Source: Rhodosorus marinus CCMP1338 (lineage: Eukaryota; Plantae; Rhodophyta). From it: DNA of 64,000 nt. Below are positions 12,838-26,438 of this stretch, piece by piece (within the stretch, counting starts at the first letter, position 1; every line of letters starts with the position of its first letter). Below the pieces are notes generated by a model. It did not search any database, was not told the origin of the DNA, and saw only the letters and a list, made by a program, of their open reading frames with translations. The stretch spans positions 1,240,001 through 1,304,000 of the forward strand of contig JAMWBK010000007.1 of NCBI GenBank assembly GCA_029953675.1. Direction: 5' to 3'. The position numbers were made by a program, and so were the translations under genes.

Positions 12838-14823
12838 TTAATCTCGTTCTTGTTGGCGGTACCTGCCTTTATCTCTGCGGCGGTCCTCAGATTCGCGACG
12901 TCTATCCTGTTGGTGCTGTCTCACTCGCTCGTCCCGCGTCGCATCTCCGTGGTTGTAGCTGTCACCCCCATATCCACGAGGGCGGTCTCGTTCTCTTCGA
13001 TTGTCGCGTCCACCGTATCTCTCGCCTCTACGTTCAAGATCATGTCCTCCTCTGCCTCTGTTTGGACTTCGCTCTCTTTTTGCATATTCATACCTTCCTC
13101 GCTTTCGATCAGCAGCCAGCCGAGATGCTTGTTTGTGCAGTACTGGTGTTTCGAACACAAAATCGTGTGTGTTGCCCCGCGAACCTGTTTTCAAAGGTGA
13201 AATGTGTAATGTGGTTAGAACAACAACCTGGGCGATGAAGGGTTTAGCAGTTGGATGCTTACGCGGTTGACTACGACCCATTCCCGACTTTCTTTCCTCA
13301 AAATCGTAGTCTTGTTTTGACATTTTCACACGTTTTCCTCGTCTAACATTGTTCCAGAGCTTAGACACGCTTTGGGAGAAGTCGACCTGGGAGGTCAACG
13401 AAAGTCACAAAGTGAGATGCCAACTTTCAGTCATGCCTCGAAAACCAGTGGGTCACCAATCACCTTTATCCTTCTATCGTCAACAAGCGTATTGTCCATC
13501 TTGAAATAAGCTCTTTCACAGCTCTTCACATCCTCAAACTCTATGAACCCGTAACAGAGCGAGTCTCCCGTGCTCTTGTCTCTTATTATATCGACCTTTG
13601 TATAGGAATCGAAGAGGCTTTCAGTACATTTAGTACCTTTGTCCTGTCAGCCCAACTCAGGCCTACCTTGCACTCTCCGAAACGTGAGAAAATAATTTCC
13701 AGGTCCTCCGCTTGTGTGACTGGATTCAACCTTGCAACGAAAATAACCTGGGAAGAACAAAATAGAGCCTTTATACGCCTTTTTCAAGTCCGTGCTCTCT
13801 CCACAACCGAATTCGGGTGCCTTACGTTCTCAGGAGGTTTCATGTCGGCGCTCTTGATATCGCCAATGATTTCGAGTACTTCCGCTCGAGACCTAGCCTC
13901 CTTTGCCTTCCGCTCTTCTTCGAGCTGTGCAAGTCTTTCCTCGTCGTAGGCTTCGTCAACAACTTCATCTTCAGCTGGAGAGTCAAGCAGACGAGCAACT
14001 GGGTTGAGAACAAATCATGCAATTCGGAAAGCCTCGGTGCAATCGCATCGAGGAGCTCGCGCACAGTTAAGGTATAGGACCTACCTATGCGTGACGGGTC
14101 ATCAGCGATTTCAGGCAAAGGCGAAGATGGCGGAACCTCCGGCATTCCCTGCGCAAAGGAGAAGAAGAATAGATGAACTCAAGAAACAGGTCCGTGCATC
14201 AATGTACGGAGAACGATTCTGTAAACAGGCTCATACGCTAGGATCTGGAAAGGGGTCGTGTAGAATGTAGGTATGTCGGATGCGGATAATCTGGTAGGGT
14301 CTCTTCTGCTCGTCAGTAAAGGCGCTGTCTATGGCAGTGACCGTATCCATTCCCTCTGCGACCAACGCGAAAATTGTATGCTTTTCGTCTAAGGAATCCA
14401 TGTCGTAGCCAGTTGTAATAAAAAATTGGCTACCGTTCTTGTTCTCTCCGCTATTCGCCATAGATACGATGCCAGGACGCGTGTGCCGAAGATGAGGAGA
14501 TATTTCATCGTCGAATAGGTTTGCTTGACGACCGTAGCTCATGCCGTAGACACTTCTTCCGCCTTTTCCTTCGTTGCTTGGATCTCCAGTCTGAATGATG
14601 AAACCCTGAGACAAATGGGACATGCAACAAGACTTGTCAGGGAGTTTTCAATCGCTTATACACTGTGCAGTAGAATGCATACCTTGTCCACATAGAAAAA
14701 CTCACAATTGTTGTAGTACTTGATCTTGCAGAGTTTCAGAAAGTTCTTACACGCTAAAGGAGCCTCCTCAAGAAAAAGATCGAAGACAATGTCGCCGAGT
14801 GAAGTTTCCATTAAAACACTCAT
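12838..14823 (-). CDS. PPIL4: Cyclophilin-RRM protein with RS/RD-rich tail (PPIL4/CYP59)
   Basis: [17 protein letters not shown]...[27 protein letters not shown]...[78 protein letters not shown] read as the [10 protein letters not shown]...DLEIIFSRF segment near 13680-13745, plus YGFIEF near 13550. Charged C-terminus. Several introns. Confidence 0.9.
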
Positions 14824-15978
14824 TGCTCCACCGGAGCTCCGCGCGATTGACGAGCGCCAATTAGAGTAATCACCGCTGGGATTGGTATGCCAAATTTGCG
14901 TCCAGTTATCCCCGATCCATACACTCGTATATTGCTATGAGCAATTTAGTGCCTCAGTCTCACAATATCTCGCGTTTTACGGCGCAGCGAGTCAACCCGT
15001 TTCAGTCCCAACGGATATTCAGGACATTCCTTGATTCCCGATTGGCACCACATGAAGAGAAACAGGGCGGATGCTTTTGTCACCTACTTCGCCCTTAACC
15101 TTCACCCTGGAGACTGGATTGTTGACGGGGCCGATCTACCACAATGCTCGAGATGCAACCGAGATGAGGACACCGTCTTATTCGTAAGACCAAACGATCT
15201 TATGAATCAGCCCCTTCCGCGCAAAGGACAGAATCGCTGTCAAGTACGGCCATCACGACCATCAGCCTTGTAGGGAAGCTTAGTCTAAAAGACTAGAGTG
15301 CAGTAGTGGAGAATCCGACGTCTGGCGAGGCAAGAAGGGCAGGCTGGAGAGAACTGCGAGCTTGCTCGTTCGTTCTGATACAAATGCAATTGAATCGGAG
15401 AGGGAGGCTTCGCTAGAAAAGAAAATGTCTCGGCTTCCGGAGGTCTCGGAAGACGAAAACCACCTCCCTTATTACCTGAAATGTTGCTTCTTCCACATGT
15501 GATAGAGGAAAAGACGGCAGAGCGTTTCCCCAGGCGTGCTCCATTGTCCATAGTCGATTGTATGGAACGGACATGGTTTCGATCGGTTTCCCTGTGAGGT
15601 TGATTCAATGTTAGGACAGTTTGGGATGTTGGAACCAGGAGTTAGATTTTTGAGAATCGGTAGGGAACACCATCCCTGCAGCCGCACAAAACTTTTGAAG
15701 CAGGGTGGTTACAACTGCTGCCATTCCGTCAGTGCAGACACCCTTGCTTTCTAATGCTCGCGATGGGCGTCAATTAGTTTGAAGCGTCAGTACCGGACCT
15801 GACCCGTGCCGCCCTTTCGAATATCCTCAGCATCTTCTTGGGAGTGCGTTTGAAGCAATACAACTAGCGAAACCAGAAAAGGCCCAGGGCTTGAACAAGG
15901 CCTGTCTTGTTGGGCACGCGCCAATACTTGGAAAAAAAACAGAAAGGACTCGGGTTTCATAAACAACTTAGTTCAACT

Positions 15979-16305
15979 TTACTGCATCTTGCCCTTGACG
16001 TCCTTATCAGGCACATCAAATTTTTGCGGTGTTTGAATGTTAAACAGAGCGCTAAATCCAACTAAAAATATTAGGAGGAGTAGCGCTCCTGCGAGCAGAG
16101 CAGTTAGACCTCCAGCGGCGATCGGCGGTGGTCTCATAGGATTATCATCTGCAGCGCTTTCTCCGGCGGAAGCTTCATCTACGGGTTCTTCCTTTCCTAG
16201 ATCGGTATCCAGATAACCAGATTCCCCATAGTCCACGGCTGCATCTTGGCCAATCGCCAAGGCGCCAAGGCAAAGAACCACCCCTAACACCAGCCAAGAC
16301 CTCAT
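15979..16305 (-). CDS. Signal-peptide single-pass membrane protein with Ac45/VOA1-like TM C-terminus
   Basis: N-terminal signal peptide MRSWLVLGVVLCLGALAIG, acidic lumenal spacer, TM then LFNIQTPQKFD, resembling the Ac45-VOA1 QTPxRFD motif. Confidence 0.5.
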   Translation of the reverse strand: MRSWLVLGVVLCLGALAIGQDAAVDYGESGYLDTDLGKEEPVDEASAGESAADDNPMRPPPIAAGGLTALLAGALLLLIFLVGFSALFNIQTPQKFDVPDKDVKGKMQ

Positions 16306-18103
16306 CCTTTACTCCAATCCGCTTTTTTCACCTCAAGCGCTATGCAAAACTATACAAGCCAGCCGATTGTCTAGAATAAGTTCACAACGCCTTCCCCATC
16401 TCCTCATCCGTCCTATGCTAGTGCCTATCACACAACCCGACAGCACGGAAGCCGTTAATGATCAATCAACCGTGTCCAATCGCACGTTGACCCAGCTGTA
16501 CTGTTGCAGAGATTAAGGTTTGCAGAGGGATTGCTTGGAATAATTCTAGTTGTTCCCTTCGTAGTGAAGGAAGCGATCGGGGAAAAATAGTCGAGCATAA
16601 TCTCCGTGAAGCCGACAAAGCGACCTACAGGTTGAAAGAGCCTCACAGATCTGAGAACGGAAGGTCCAAATGCTTAGGATGTGAGAACTAGGACTAGTGC
16701 GAGAACGTGTGTGTAGGGCGTTGCGTAGTGGCGATTCTTCTAGAGATTACCCTCATTGCGTGTTCTTCCCCGACTTGATCTCGGGGTTTGGGCATCCATG
16801 GCTCGAATGGGGCCTATTCCAGACCTCGTTTCTACCGTATGTCCGTCAGCACTATTCACTCCGTTGTGAACAAGAGCAGAAGGAACCTACCGCACTCGTC
16901 TAGGGTTCCTCTGGATGGAGGAGGTGAAGGGAGAAACGCTTGGGAGCCAGCTGAGTACACTCTCCTAGCTCATGATACATGTCCAATCCACCAAAAGTTC
17001 GGCCATCAGATTCACGAGTGAGTCCGCATGGCGGGTTTCAATGCTAAGTGCCTGATTTAGCAGACTGTGGAAGTTTATCCTAGTTTCACGCACCAAGCAC
17101 CCCGATCAGCAGTGACAGGTCTGGCGGTTAATGGTTGTACAGTGAGTCTTTACAGTGTCAAGAACAAGAGCGATATCAAATATTGACTGAAGCGTCCTAC
17201 CTTGATGCGGTGTTAGTTTCCGCGAAAAGCTTTGATTTTGTTTTGCCGTTGTTTGAATTGGTGCGAAGATAATTGACACAGATCCAACTGAGCATTTCCC
17301 TCACCCGTTTCGAACTGCTCAGGCGCAAAGTCGGCCCCCCTCAACGAATTTTGACTTAGGAAGTTCCCGTAGATTTGGTTCAAGTCTTGATCTAAAACTT
17401 GTTATTTGGGTCAGAGGGTGACTACTATTAGTATTCTCTGAATAGTACAAGCACACCGGTAGTTTTCGTGGTTCCCAGATGCGCGCAAGGCGTTGGTGGG
17501 GGGGAACCGCGTGAGACAACTACTCGATCTCGAACCGTGGATTGGCTTCTTGAGCACAACTAGCCTTAGAGCTAAAAGGCTTTGGAAAGAGTCCTGTTCC
17601 CAGATGATCGTTTGTCAGTTGCTCATCGAGATATTCCGGTTCCTCGCAAGCAATTCCGCGAGTTGAATGAATACTTTCCGCAGGGCTTTTGTCTATAAGA
17701 AACTCAATGGTCTGACCCACAGCAACCCCACTGCCTCGAAAATCGCCGCAAGGTGTTTGCAGTAATTCTTGATCCGTGATCATCATACGCCAGGGTTCTT
17801 CTAGGGACATACACTGCTAGGCCCGCCTCTAGTCTAGTCCCGTCCAACAAGTGGTGTTGGAAATCATTGTGGCAGGCGCTAGTTTGAGATCCTCCAATAT
17901 GAGGAGTACCCGATTGCCCCGTGAGCGGACAATCCCTGACGAGCGCTACTAGGCTTGATGGAACACGTATTGTCTCGCATATCATTATTTTGACGCGTTG
18001 GGGAAGGGGGGGGGGGACGGTTGCACCTGTTGTAGACTGGACGTTCGAGTAATGGTGAGGTTGAACTTCTTGCGAATTTCGTTTACTCTTTAGACGTAAC
18101 CAG

Positions 18104-20375
18104 ATGCAGATCTCCATTGGATCGCTTCGCCAGCAGGAGGCGCTCCTCCGCTATGGGATCATAGCTTTGACGTGGGTGCTTGGCTTTTGCACTAGGATGT
18201 ATTCCGTAATTCGGTATGAGAGTATTATCCACGAGTTCGATCCGTGGTTTAATTTCAGGTCTACGAAGCTGCTTGTGGACGAGGGTACTTACGAATTTTG
18301 GAACTGGTTCGACGATCGCTCATGGTATCCGTTAGGCCGTGTCGTAGGTGGAACTGTGTATCCGGGAATCATGTACACTGCTGCGGCTATGCACTCATTG
18401 TTTCATTTTGTCGGGTTTAAAATGAGCATTAAGGATGTTTGCGTAATGACAGCGCCTATATGGTCCGGCCTAACTGCGGTCTCTGCGTTTCTGTTGACGT
18501 CGGAGATTTCCGATGCGGGCGCTGGACTGATTGCGGCTGTTTCCATAGCACTCATTCCAGGTTATATGCAGAGATCTGTCGCAGGATCGTACGATAATGA
18601 GGCGATCGCGATCACTCTGCTCATACTCTGCTTTTGGGTGTTTCTCCGATCTGTGAGTACGGGGTCAATCCTATGGGCAGCCCTAGCTTCGCTGAGCTAT
18701 CTGTACATGGTTTCATCATGGGGTGGGTATATATTCATCACGAATATTATACCCATCTACGTCCTGGTAATGTTGCTCGCAGGGCGCTATTCGCATAGGC
18801 TCTACGTCGCATACTGTGGGTGGTACGTCCTGGGGACCGTTCTGTCGATGCAGATTCGCTTTGTTGGCTTCAACGCGATTCAATCATCCGAGCACATGGG
18901 TGCTATGGGTGTTTTTGGCCTGCTTAATCTCTACGTTTTTGTTCGCTGGATCCGTTCGTTTGTCTCCGAGAGTACTTTTCGCGGCCTGAGTCAGCTAGTC
19001 GTTGTTCTTGCGATTAGCATATTTCTCCTGGCAGGATTCGTTGGTGTTGCGTCAGGATTCATCGGACCTTGGACTGGACGATTTTATACGCTTCTTGACC
19101 CGACATACGCTTCGAAGCACATCCCGATCATAGCTTCAGTCGCAGAGCATCAGCCCACCACCTGGTCTTCGTATTTTATGGACTTGCACTTGTTTGTGTT
19201 CCTCATGCCGGTGGGCCTGTATGTCGTCTTCAACAACATCACGGATCAAAACATCTTTATCATCGTCTATGGGACTGCTGCAGTGTATTTCTCCGGAGTT
19301 ATGGTTCGTTTGATGCTCGTGCTGGCGCCTGCGGCTGTTATTCTGGGGTCAGTGGGGCTTTCCGACTTTTTGAAAACGTTCATGGCGGTGATCAAGACTC
19401 GAGTGATCGATATGGATCCACTCGCGGCTGAGCAACCGGCGGCCGGGTCATCCTCACAAAAGAGGAAAGGCAAGCAGAAAATTGGAAGCGCTTCAACCAA
19501 GAGGAGATTGAGAAAGGAGGTGGCGATCGGTGTTATTGGGTTTGTCTTTTATATGCTTAGCATGTATGTGAGGCACTCGGTATGGGTAACCAGCGAAGCA
19601 TACAGCAGTCCGTCAGTTGTCCTCTCCACTAAGGGCCCAGATGGAAACCGAGTTTTCTTCGACGATTTTCGTGAGGTACGTAATGCTTACTATCCAAGGA
19701 ATTTTTTCAGATTATTAGAGCAGTTAATGGCGTTGTATTTCCATATGGCCTTCCTTGGGCACTGTGCTGACCAGCTCGTTGCGGAAACCGTAGGCGTATT
19801 ACTGGCTTCGTCAAAACACGGACGAAGATTCTAAGGTTATGTCCTGGTGGGACTATGGGTATCAACTGGCTGGGATGGCTAATCGAACAACGATTGCTGA
19901 TAACAATACGTGGAACAATACACATATAGCCACGGTTGGACGTCTGCTAAGTGCCCCGGAGGACTTGGCTTACAAAATATGTAAAAAGCTTGACGTGAAC
20001 TATGTCCTCGTGGTTTTCGGTGGCCTTCTCGCGTTTCCGTCTGACGACGTGAACAAGTTTCTTTGGCCAGTTCGGATTACAAGCTCAGTCGATCCCACTG
20101 TGGTGGAGAGCGACTATTTGACAGCTGATGGGGCGTACAGCGTAGGTCCGGACATAGGCCCCGCGTTGAAACAGTCAATGGTATACAAACTCGCCTATTA
20201 CCGGTTTGCTGAGTTGAAAGTCCTACCTGGTAAGGTTGGCTTTGATCGTGCTAGGAATGTGGAAATTGGACACCCCGATGTATCACTGAAGTACTTTGAA
20301 GAGGCGTTCACATCTGAGAACTGGCTAGTTCGCATATATAAGGTCAAACAGCCCGACGCATATGGCTGGAAATAG
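18104..20375 (+). CDS. STT3: Oligosaccharyltransferase catalytic subunit STT3
   Basis: IIHEFDPWFNFR, SVAGSYDNE, SVAEHQP, FSGVMVRL, DDFRE|AYYWLRQNT, WWDYG motif, DVNKFLW, YFEEAFTSENWLVRIYKV. Intron 19676-19793. Confidence 0.97.
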
Positions 20376-20689
20376 GTTCACATTCCTTGAACTGTTTGCT
20401 CGGGGGGGCGAGACTGGTCAAGCATAGTTGGTCGGAGACGTAGGAATTCTAAGGAAACCATTGGGTTCGAACATCTTCTGCTTGTATTACGTCGAAAAGT
20501 TGCCTCTTCGAATAGCGCTGATGCTGGTTTTATGCTATAATCGGGCCTCTAGGGCAAGGCCCAGAATGATATCATGAAGCATTTGATTACTTAATGTTTA
20601 CGGCAACGACGCTTACTACTTGTAGACTGCTAATCCCTGGGAAGCTGGGATGCGAGAAACCTTGACCTTCAGGCTGTAAGCAAGCATCT

Positions 20690-21217
20690 TCAAATCCCAT
20701 AAAAGCCAAGCGAGTGGTTGGATATCATTTGTCCTAGTTCGTAATACACACCGAACGCGAGGAGCACGGGCACTCCAACAATCACGGTGAACAACAAGTA
20801 CGTCAGGGGGGTGAAGTCGTCATTTTCCCCTTTTAGGAACCTGTACGAAGTAACGCTTTGCAGGTCTCTCAAGGAGTCCTTCAAATCCCGGAGATCCTCT
20901 TCGGATTCCTTTTCCAAGTCTCTCAGCAGTTGCGCCTGAGCCTTTCGCTTGGAGTTTTCTGCCTCGTACGCATACCATCGGTCGAACCTATCAAGGGGGT
21001 TGTCCGCGCCTTCAGAGTTCAAAATTTCGTACAAGTGCCTCTCCTCGTCTAGGACTTTCCACTCTATGGAAACGCTATCCTCTCTGTCCAACTTCTCGCC
21101 TTCTTCCTTCACATCTTTCATCAGGCAGACCCATCCTCTTTGCCTCCTGCTAGTAACCCGTTCCTTCCAACCACAGATACCCGCTTGACACCCAGCGGTA
21201 ACAAAACCTAGACGCAT
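20690..21217 (-). CDS. Hypothetical protein, possible plastid transit peptide and C-terminal TM helix
   Basis: ATG-initiated 175-aa ORF. N-terminus MRLGFVTAG...RGWVCLM is transit-peptide-like; charged coiled-coil middle; TM YLLFTVIVGVPVLLAFGVYY. Confidence 0.55.
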   Translation of the reverse strand: MRLGFVTAGCQAGICGWKERVTSRRQRGWVCLMKDVKEEGEKLDREDSVSIEWKVLDEERHLYEILNSEGADNPLDRFDRWYAYEAENSKRKAQAQLLRDLEKESEEDLRDLKDSLRDLQSVTSYRFLKGENDDFTPLTYLLFTVIVGVPVLLAFGVYYELGQMISNHSLGFYGI

Positions 21218-22379
21218 CTTTGTTCAAGCCCCATTGCAAACTGTACGGCAACAGAAACCTGCTCATGGAATGTCTCCAAAGCCCAACCCCGTCCCCCTCG
21301 CCCCCCAGGGAAATACGTTCTCCGAGATATGCCTTCATGCCATCTAGCTCACATTTGTGTGCTAATGTGCATTGCTTGCTGATGGGCTGATGAGATTGCG
21401 GCTTATGGATGGTGATGGTTGTTGGCTCCAATAGTTATCACCTTCAAGGGTACATTTGATGTTTACCTCGCAGAGAAACCCAGTACTGTTGTTAGTGAAG
21501 CTCGTGTGGTCGATTTCGAAGGGAAGTGACTTTTCTCGCCTCGCCAACTAGAGCAGCTACGGTCATGCTCGTGTCTTGTGGCTCACTTTCTTCTTTTTTT
21601 TGATTTTTGATTGTACGCTGTTATCTGAATATAGATTAAACTAATTCGTTCGGCGCTTACTTGACCAATTTTCCTAATGAGGTTGTTGCTCTCGTGACCA
21701 TGTAAGGAAAAACCCTAGCTGGTCCCAGGCCAAGTCGGGTCCAAGTAGACAAGCGACTTGGCTTGTCTACTTGGACGCCTTGTACATTATCGAATACTCC
21801 CACACAGGAACGGACTCAGGCTTAGTAGAGCACCATTGACAAAGATCCCATTGCAAGCCAAGAACCGTTCCATCTGGTCCATCATCCCCCTCAATGCGAT
21901 GCACAGCTTGAGGGCCTTGGGCCTGGGGTCCTGGGAAAGGGCAGGTTTTCAAGGCACCTTGATCTCAAGCTCATGGCCATGAGCATGCCCTAATGGAACA
22001 CTTCGATTTTGTCTTATCGTTGAACAATAAAGTGTTCCCTTTCTTCTCAATCCTTTCCGCGAGTGAGCAAACGAACTTGTTAGCTCGCGAGGCAGAAGAG
22101 TGTCTTCGCGACCATGCCAAACGTTGCGGACAAAATAATGCAATCCCAGGTCCAACGAGCGCAGCAGCAGGACAGCTGCTGCTACCAAAACGGAAATCTA
22201 GCGCTAGTTCAAACGATCTAGGTTGGAGGCTAAGATATATACTTATATGCCACGAAAACAAGCACCACATAAAGGAGATACTGAGGTTCGCGCACATAGA
22301 TACCCTATCATTGCATGCCAGTACTCGTTAAACGTGCACTGTTCAAACCCTAAACTTCTTCTCAGTCCTGAACAAAGTC

Positions 22380-23300
22380 CACCAAATAGCCAGCCAACAT
22401 AAACGCTAAAACCATACAAATTGTTTCCGTGAGTGGGACTTCAAAATCAGTTTCATTTCCAGAGCTCAATCAAGCGCGTCTTCGCTGCTGCACTGGAGCC
22501 GGGGCCGGTACCTGGCTCCGCAACTTCCCTAACGAGAGCTCCGCAACTTCCCTAAGAAGAGCACAGACTTACTTCATATCAGCCCTCGCCAATTTGCTTG
22601 GGAATGCACTGCTGTCTGCACGAACAAATTAGTACACGTACTCCACTTGCCACCCGGGTAACTCCCGGTGTATCCGACTCTTCCACCAAACCGGATGTTC
22701 AGAGTAAGATCTCGCAGGGATCGGACGTAAAGCTCCGAAACGAAGATCAAGCCGCCATGTTAATGCAAAAGAGGAGCAGATGAGGGACGCGCTTCGCCCA
22801 GTATCATAAGAGAGGAAACTTCGGACGTTATTAGCCCGGTAAAAGTACCTTTAGAGCTGCAGGGAAATCTTGGAATCTACACCCAGGAGACCCTCTGCAT
22901 TTCGGTACATTGCTGGCGATTGGGTGCCAGCACGGGTGTCAAACTGGGACATCGTGTGTTAGGTTACCACTGCCAGCCTGTATCCACCGTCGCGCTTTCT
23001 GGAATCATACTTGGGTTATACACAGCTTCCTATCGGCACGCAGATCGACCGCATCCTTGATGGGTACTTCCGTACTGTCTGGAATGCCCTTCAGGCTCAC
23101 GCGGCACAGTCACGGCAGCTGCTACACCACACAGAGGTCCTGACACTGCGACACAACCTACCCGCTGGCGCCGCAACCAGGCCGCCGCAAACAAGCCTTC
23201 AAGCTCGCTCAACAGGGTCGCCTCTCTGATGCTGCACATTTCCTCAAGGCCTCTGTACTGGCCAAACAAAACGCTGCCACCTGGGACCAGCTCGAAGGCC
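22380..23300 (+). pseudogene. Degenerate RLE non-LTR retrotransposon relic
   Basis: QARLRCCTGAGAGTWL matches the ARLRxxGGxxSxxWL block found after the thumb in elements A and B. Downstream frames are broken. Confidence 0.4.
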
Positions 23301-23482
23301 TCTTAAACCGGACCCGACAGACATGCATCTCTCTGAAGATTCTTTGAAGATCTACATCAAGCCCTTCAGCACGCGCTCCTTTCACTGGACCGCGTTAGAC
23401 TCCGGGGGAGATGGCTGGCCAGCGAAGCTGCTGGCAAGAGTCTGCTCGCCAAATTGACCCTTTTGCCGAAAGACAAGTGTCC

Positions 23483-25025
23483 TGGGCAATATGAGTGGCC
23501 AATAGGCGATGCCAGCGCGTCGGTCGGACATTTAGTGGGTGGGCAATGAAATTTTAATGACTTACTTCCCTTTTTTTTGTGGGTAACAAGAAAATAACTG
23601 TTTTCAGAGGTACTGGGGGTTTTCTAATTTTCAGAATCGCGCTTTGAGGGGAGCGCGGCAGACCATGAAAAACACTGAGACGAGATTGGGCGATTAGAAA
23701 ACTGTGGGAAAGTAGTTCTGCGAAGGTGGTGAAACAGAGGACAAGGTTCCACAGGGTATGAGTAGTAGGGTTGTGTCAAGTGGTTCGGGTTTTTGCCAAG
23801 TGGGTCGGGTTTTTCGCTGTTTACGACCCACCCACCCCCTTAAACCCCCCTGTTTTCGCGGGTTTAACCACTTCTAAAGCTCGAAAAACCCGACCCACTT
23901 GGCACAACCCTATGAGTAGAGCTACTTGAGCTCGACTCGGGCTTGGGAATATTCCCCAGATTGCAGATGATTAAGTTTCTTATAGGAAGTGGGGTCATCG
24001 TTCTTTTCGCAAGTGCATTGGTGGGCAGAGGGCTACAGTCTACTATTTGAACTCGTCCATGCTAGCAGTAGGGGGGGGTTTGTACAGGAAATGAAACGCC
24101 CACCTCGGGCCAGGGAATGAATATAGATGGGCAATATATCGCATTTGCCCCCGCTCGGTAGGATATAAAAATTTCCTTCGAACCGCGAGGCGGAATTACT
24201 CGCTTACTGCCCACCCCCTCAAAAAAAAATAATCCGGCCGTTCAAGCGTCGCTTCGAAAAGCGGAAAGCGCGAGGGAGCAGACATAACTGACTTGGTCCG
24301 CCGATGATTAAGAAAGCAAAGCAAGCAGAAGAGCTCGACATTAAGCTCGCGAGGATTATGTCGTTACAAAACCTACCATTTTGGCTGGTTGAAGACCCAG
24401 AGGTGCGAAGGTAGGTTTGAGAACTCGTACTCGGGCTAGTCGTGTCCAGTATTCTGTCCAACAGGCGCTGAGTTTCACAGTGGCTTTTCCAGCTTCTTTA
24501 AGATCTTAGGATATCAGCTACCCAAAAGGAGAGATATCCCGGAGGGACTGAGCTCAAGTAGCTCTTCTATCCGTACCATGTGGATCCTGTCCTGTTCGAA
24601 ATAGAGCTGGAACCCTCAGGTCTAGGACTCTAAGCGGAGGGAGGTGCTAAGGCTTTGTAGAAGCTTCTATAGATGCTTCACCACCTCCGCAGAACTGCTT
24701 CTCCATCCTGTCAACGGACCGTTTTGCAATCCCCCAAGCTTCCCTCACTGTTGTTCGTGGTCTGCGTCGCTCCCCCTCAAAGTGCGATTCTGAAAATCAA
24801 AAACCACCCTTACCCCTGAAAACAGGTTTATTTTCCGGTCACCCACCAAAAACCCGGGATCGTCATTAAAATTTCATTGCGCCAAATGTTCTACGGTCGC
24901 ACTGGAATCGCCTATTGCTCACATATTGCTGGGCTCCTATTAAACCCCCCTGTTTTCGCGGGTTTACCCACTTCTGGGTCGTGAACAACCAAAACCCCAA
25001 CCCACGTGACACAACCCAACTAGCA
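23483..25025. mobile_element. Decayed hAT-type DNA transposon relic with long imperfect inverted repeats
   Basis: About 190-bp imperfect inverted repeat 23483-23670 / 24755-24935. Plus-strand fragment IKLARIMSLQNLPFWLVEDPEVRR (~24340-24415) resembles the hAT transposase LPFxxVE motif. Terminus-like sequence at 24940-25021 is shared with the MITE below. Confidence 0.55.
23766..23912. mobile_element. 147-bp hAT-like MITE
   Basis: TIRs TAGGGTTGTG...CCAAGTGGGTCGGGTTTTTCG / CGAAAAACCCGACCCACTTGGCACAACCCTA. Flanking duplication TGAGTAG (ATGAGTAG if the terminal A is counted). Confidence 0.7.
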
Positions 25026-25649
25026 GCACGGGTGTCAAGGAAAGCAATTGCCCACTCCTCAAAAACATGTTGCACCGAATCCCCTATGCAATGTGTTGAA
25101 ACGGTCACACGATCAACGGTGACCATCCGCTCTCAGCAGGTAGAAGGACAATCCTCACATCGTCCTACATATGGTAGCACCGGTGTGTGGATAGTTTACG
25201 GTAGGATAACCGGATGGTCAAACTTTTGAAGTAGTTTGAACCGTACTCTTGTACGGTATCGATCATTTCCACGGTACAGTAGATTACTTAAGTAGTGGGA
25301 GGTATCGACCCCAATGGTCAGGGAACCAATAAAGAAACCATCGAAGATTGGCTGACGGGACTTTGATCAAGGTAGGGAAACCCCGAAAAACGCAACACCT
25401 TGGAAAACAATGCCTGCCTTGAGCAGGACCGGTTTTGAATTTGTGGCAATGGGGGGCGGGCAGTAAACCGGTAATTCCACCCCTCGGTAGAATAAAACCC
25501 CAGAATAACGTGGAATTCGAGCTCCTGGTTCCAAGACCTTTTTTCTACCTACTGCCCAAGGCTTTCGTGCTTCGGCTATAGCTCTATTTTTGGTCCTTGA
25601 AAATGCTTTGATTTATGGCTTCCGTTGGTTCTCGTTGAAGTCCGGGAGG

Positions 25650-25815
25650 TGTTCTGCGAACGCCCAGACCGCCTCTCCTCGTTGTTTACCCGATTAGGTT
25701 TCCTGCTGTGACGTATGACCTTAGTGTCTGGATGTTGGAGGCGCGCGATCTTCGCTAGTCCTTTTTTTTCCCCTCGGGGCCCTTTCTTTCAGTCTCCAAA
25801 TAAACAAAATCATTC
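25650..25815 (+). mobile_element. Family B retrotransposon 3'-end fragment
   Basis: Similar to 60500-60660, including the T-run/CCCCTCGGGG motif and AATAAA...ATCATTC tail. Confidence 0.75.
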
Positions 25816-26438
25816 AGTACGAGCAGCATATAGTATGTCAACCCACGGCCATCCGTCCGAGTTCCAATTTCTAAGTCGGGCATCGATTCCGTCCACTTCA
25901 GAATATACTGAAACATTTAACAAAAATATGTGCAAAGTTTATGGCGAATAGAGGAGAGTTGGTGCTCAGATCTACCATCCATATTCGCTTAGGAATTAGA
26001 AATCTTTATTATTGGTGGTTATACATAGCAAGGCAGTATAAAAAAGGAGCGTCCTTAGAAAAACTTACATATCCGATTTAATCTTTCTCATTATCCAACA
26101 AATCGCTATTTGTTTGTTTGTCAGTTTGCTGAGCTGACCAAGTTGGCCAGGCCAGTGGATGCATGGTATCCTGTTTAGAGTTTTTTCAAGGAACAAATCC
26201 AGTTTATTGGTTAGTCTTGGTGAAGGCCACTAGTGTCAGACTATACCCGTACTTCCCACGGCCAAGGATATCTAAATTTTCTGGGGGATATTTTGGGTGA
26301 CTGGGTAATACCCATTTACTTAAACAAGATAAACGCAGCTGGACGAAGCGAAGAGATGACGGGAGAAAGGGGGAACAAGCAGACAAGGAGATCCAGAATT
26401 GGAAGGGTTGGAAAAGGGAATACCACTGGCTAGCCAGC

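Noticed and set aside
17704-18117. 137-aa minus-strand ORF as an independent gene start
   Set aside because: It overlaps the STT3 start head-to-head, begins at a non-ATG codon and has no recognisable motif.
9515-20375. ALG9, STT3 and the VOA1-like gene as a functional N-glycosylation/ER cluster
   Set aside because: They are interspersed with unrelated genes and in mixed orientation; chance proximity in a compact genome is sufficient.
21741-21774. 14-bp stem hairpin CCAAGTAGACAAGC/GCTTGTCTACTTGG as a terminator or MITE
   Set aside because: The hairpin is real, but it has no TSD, no second copy in the window and no context to assign a function.
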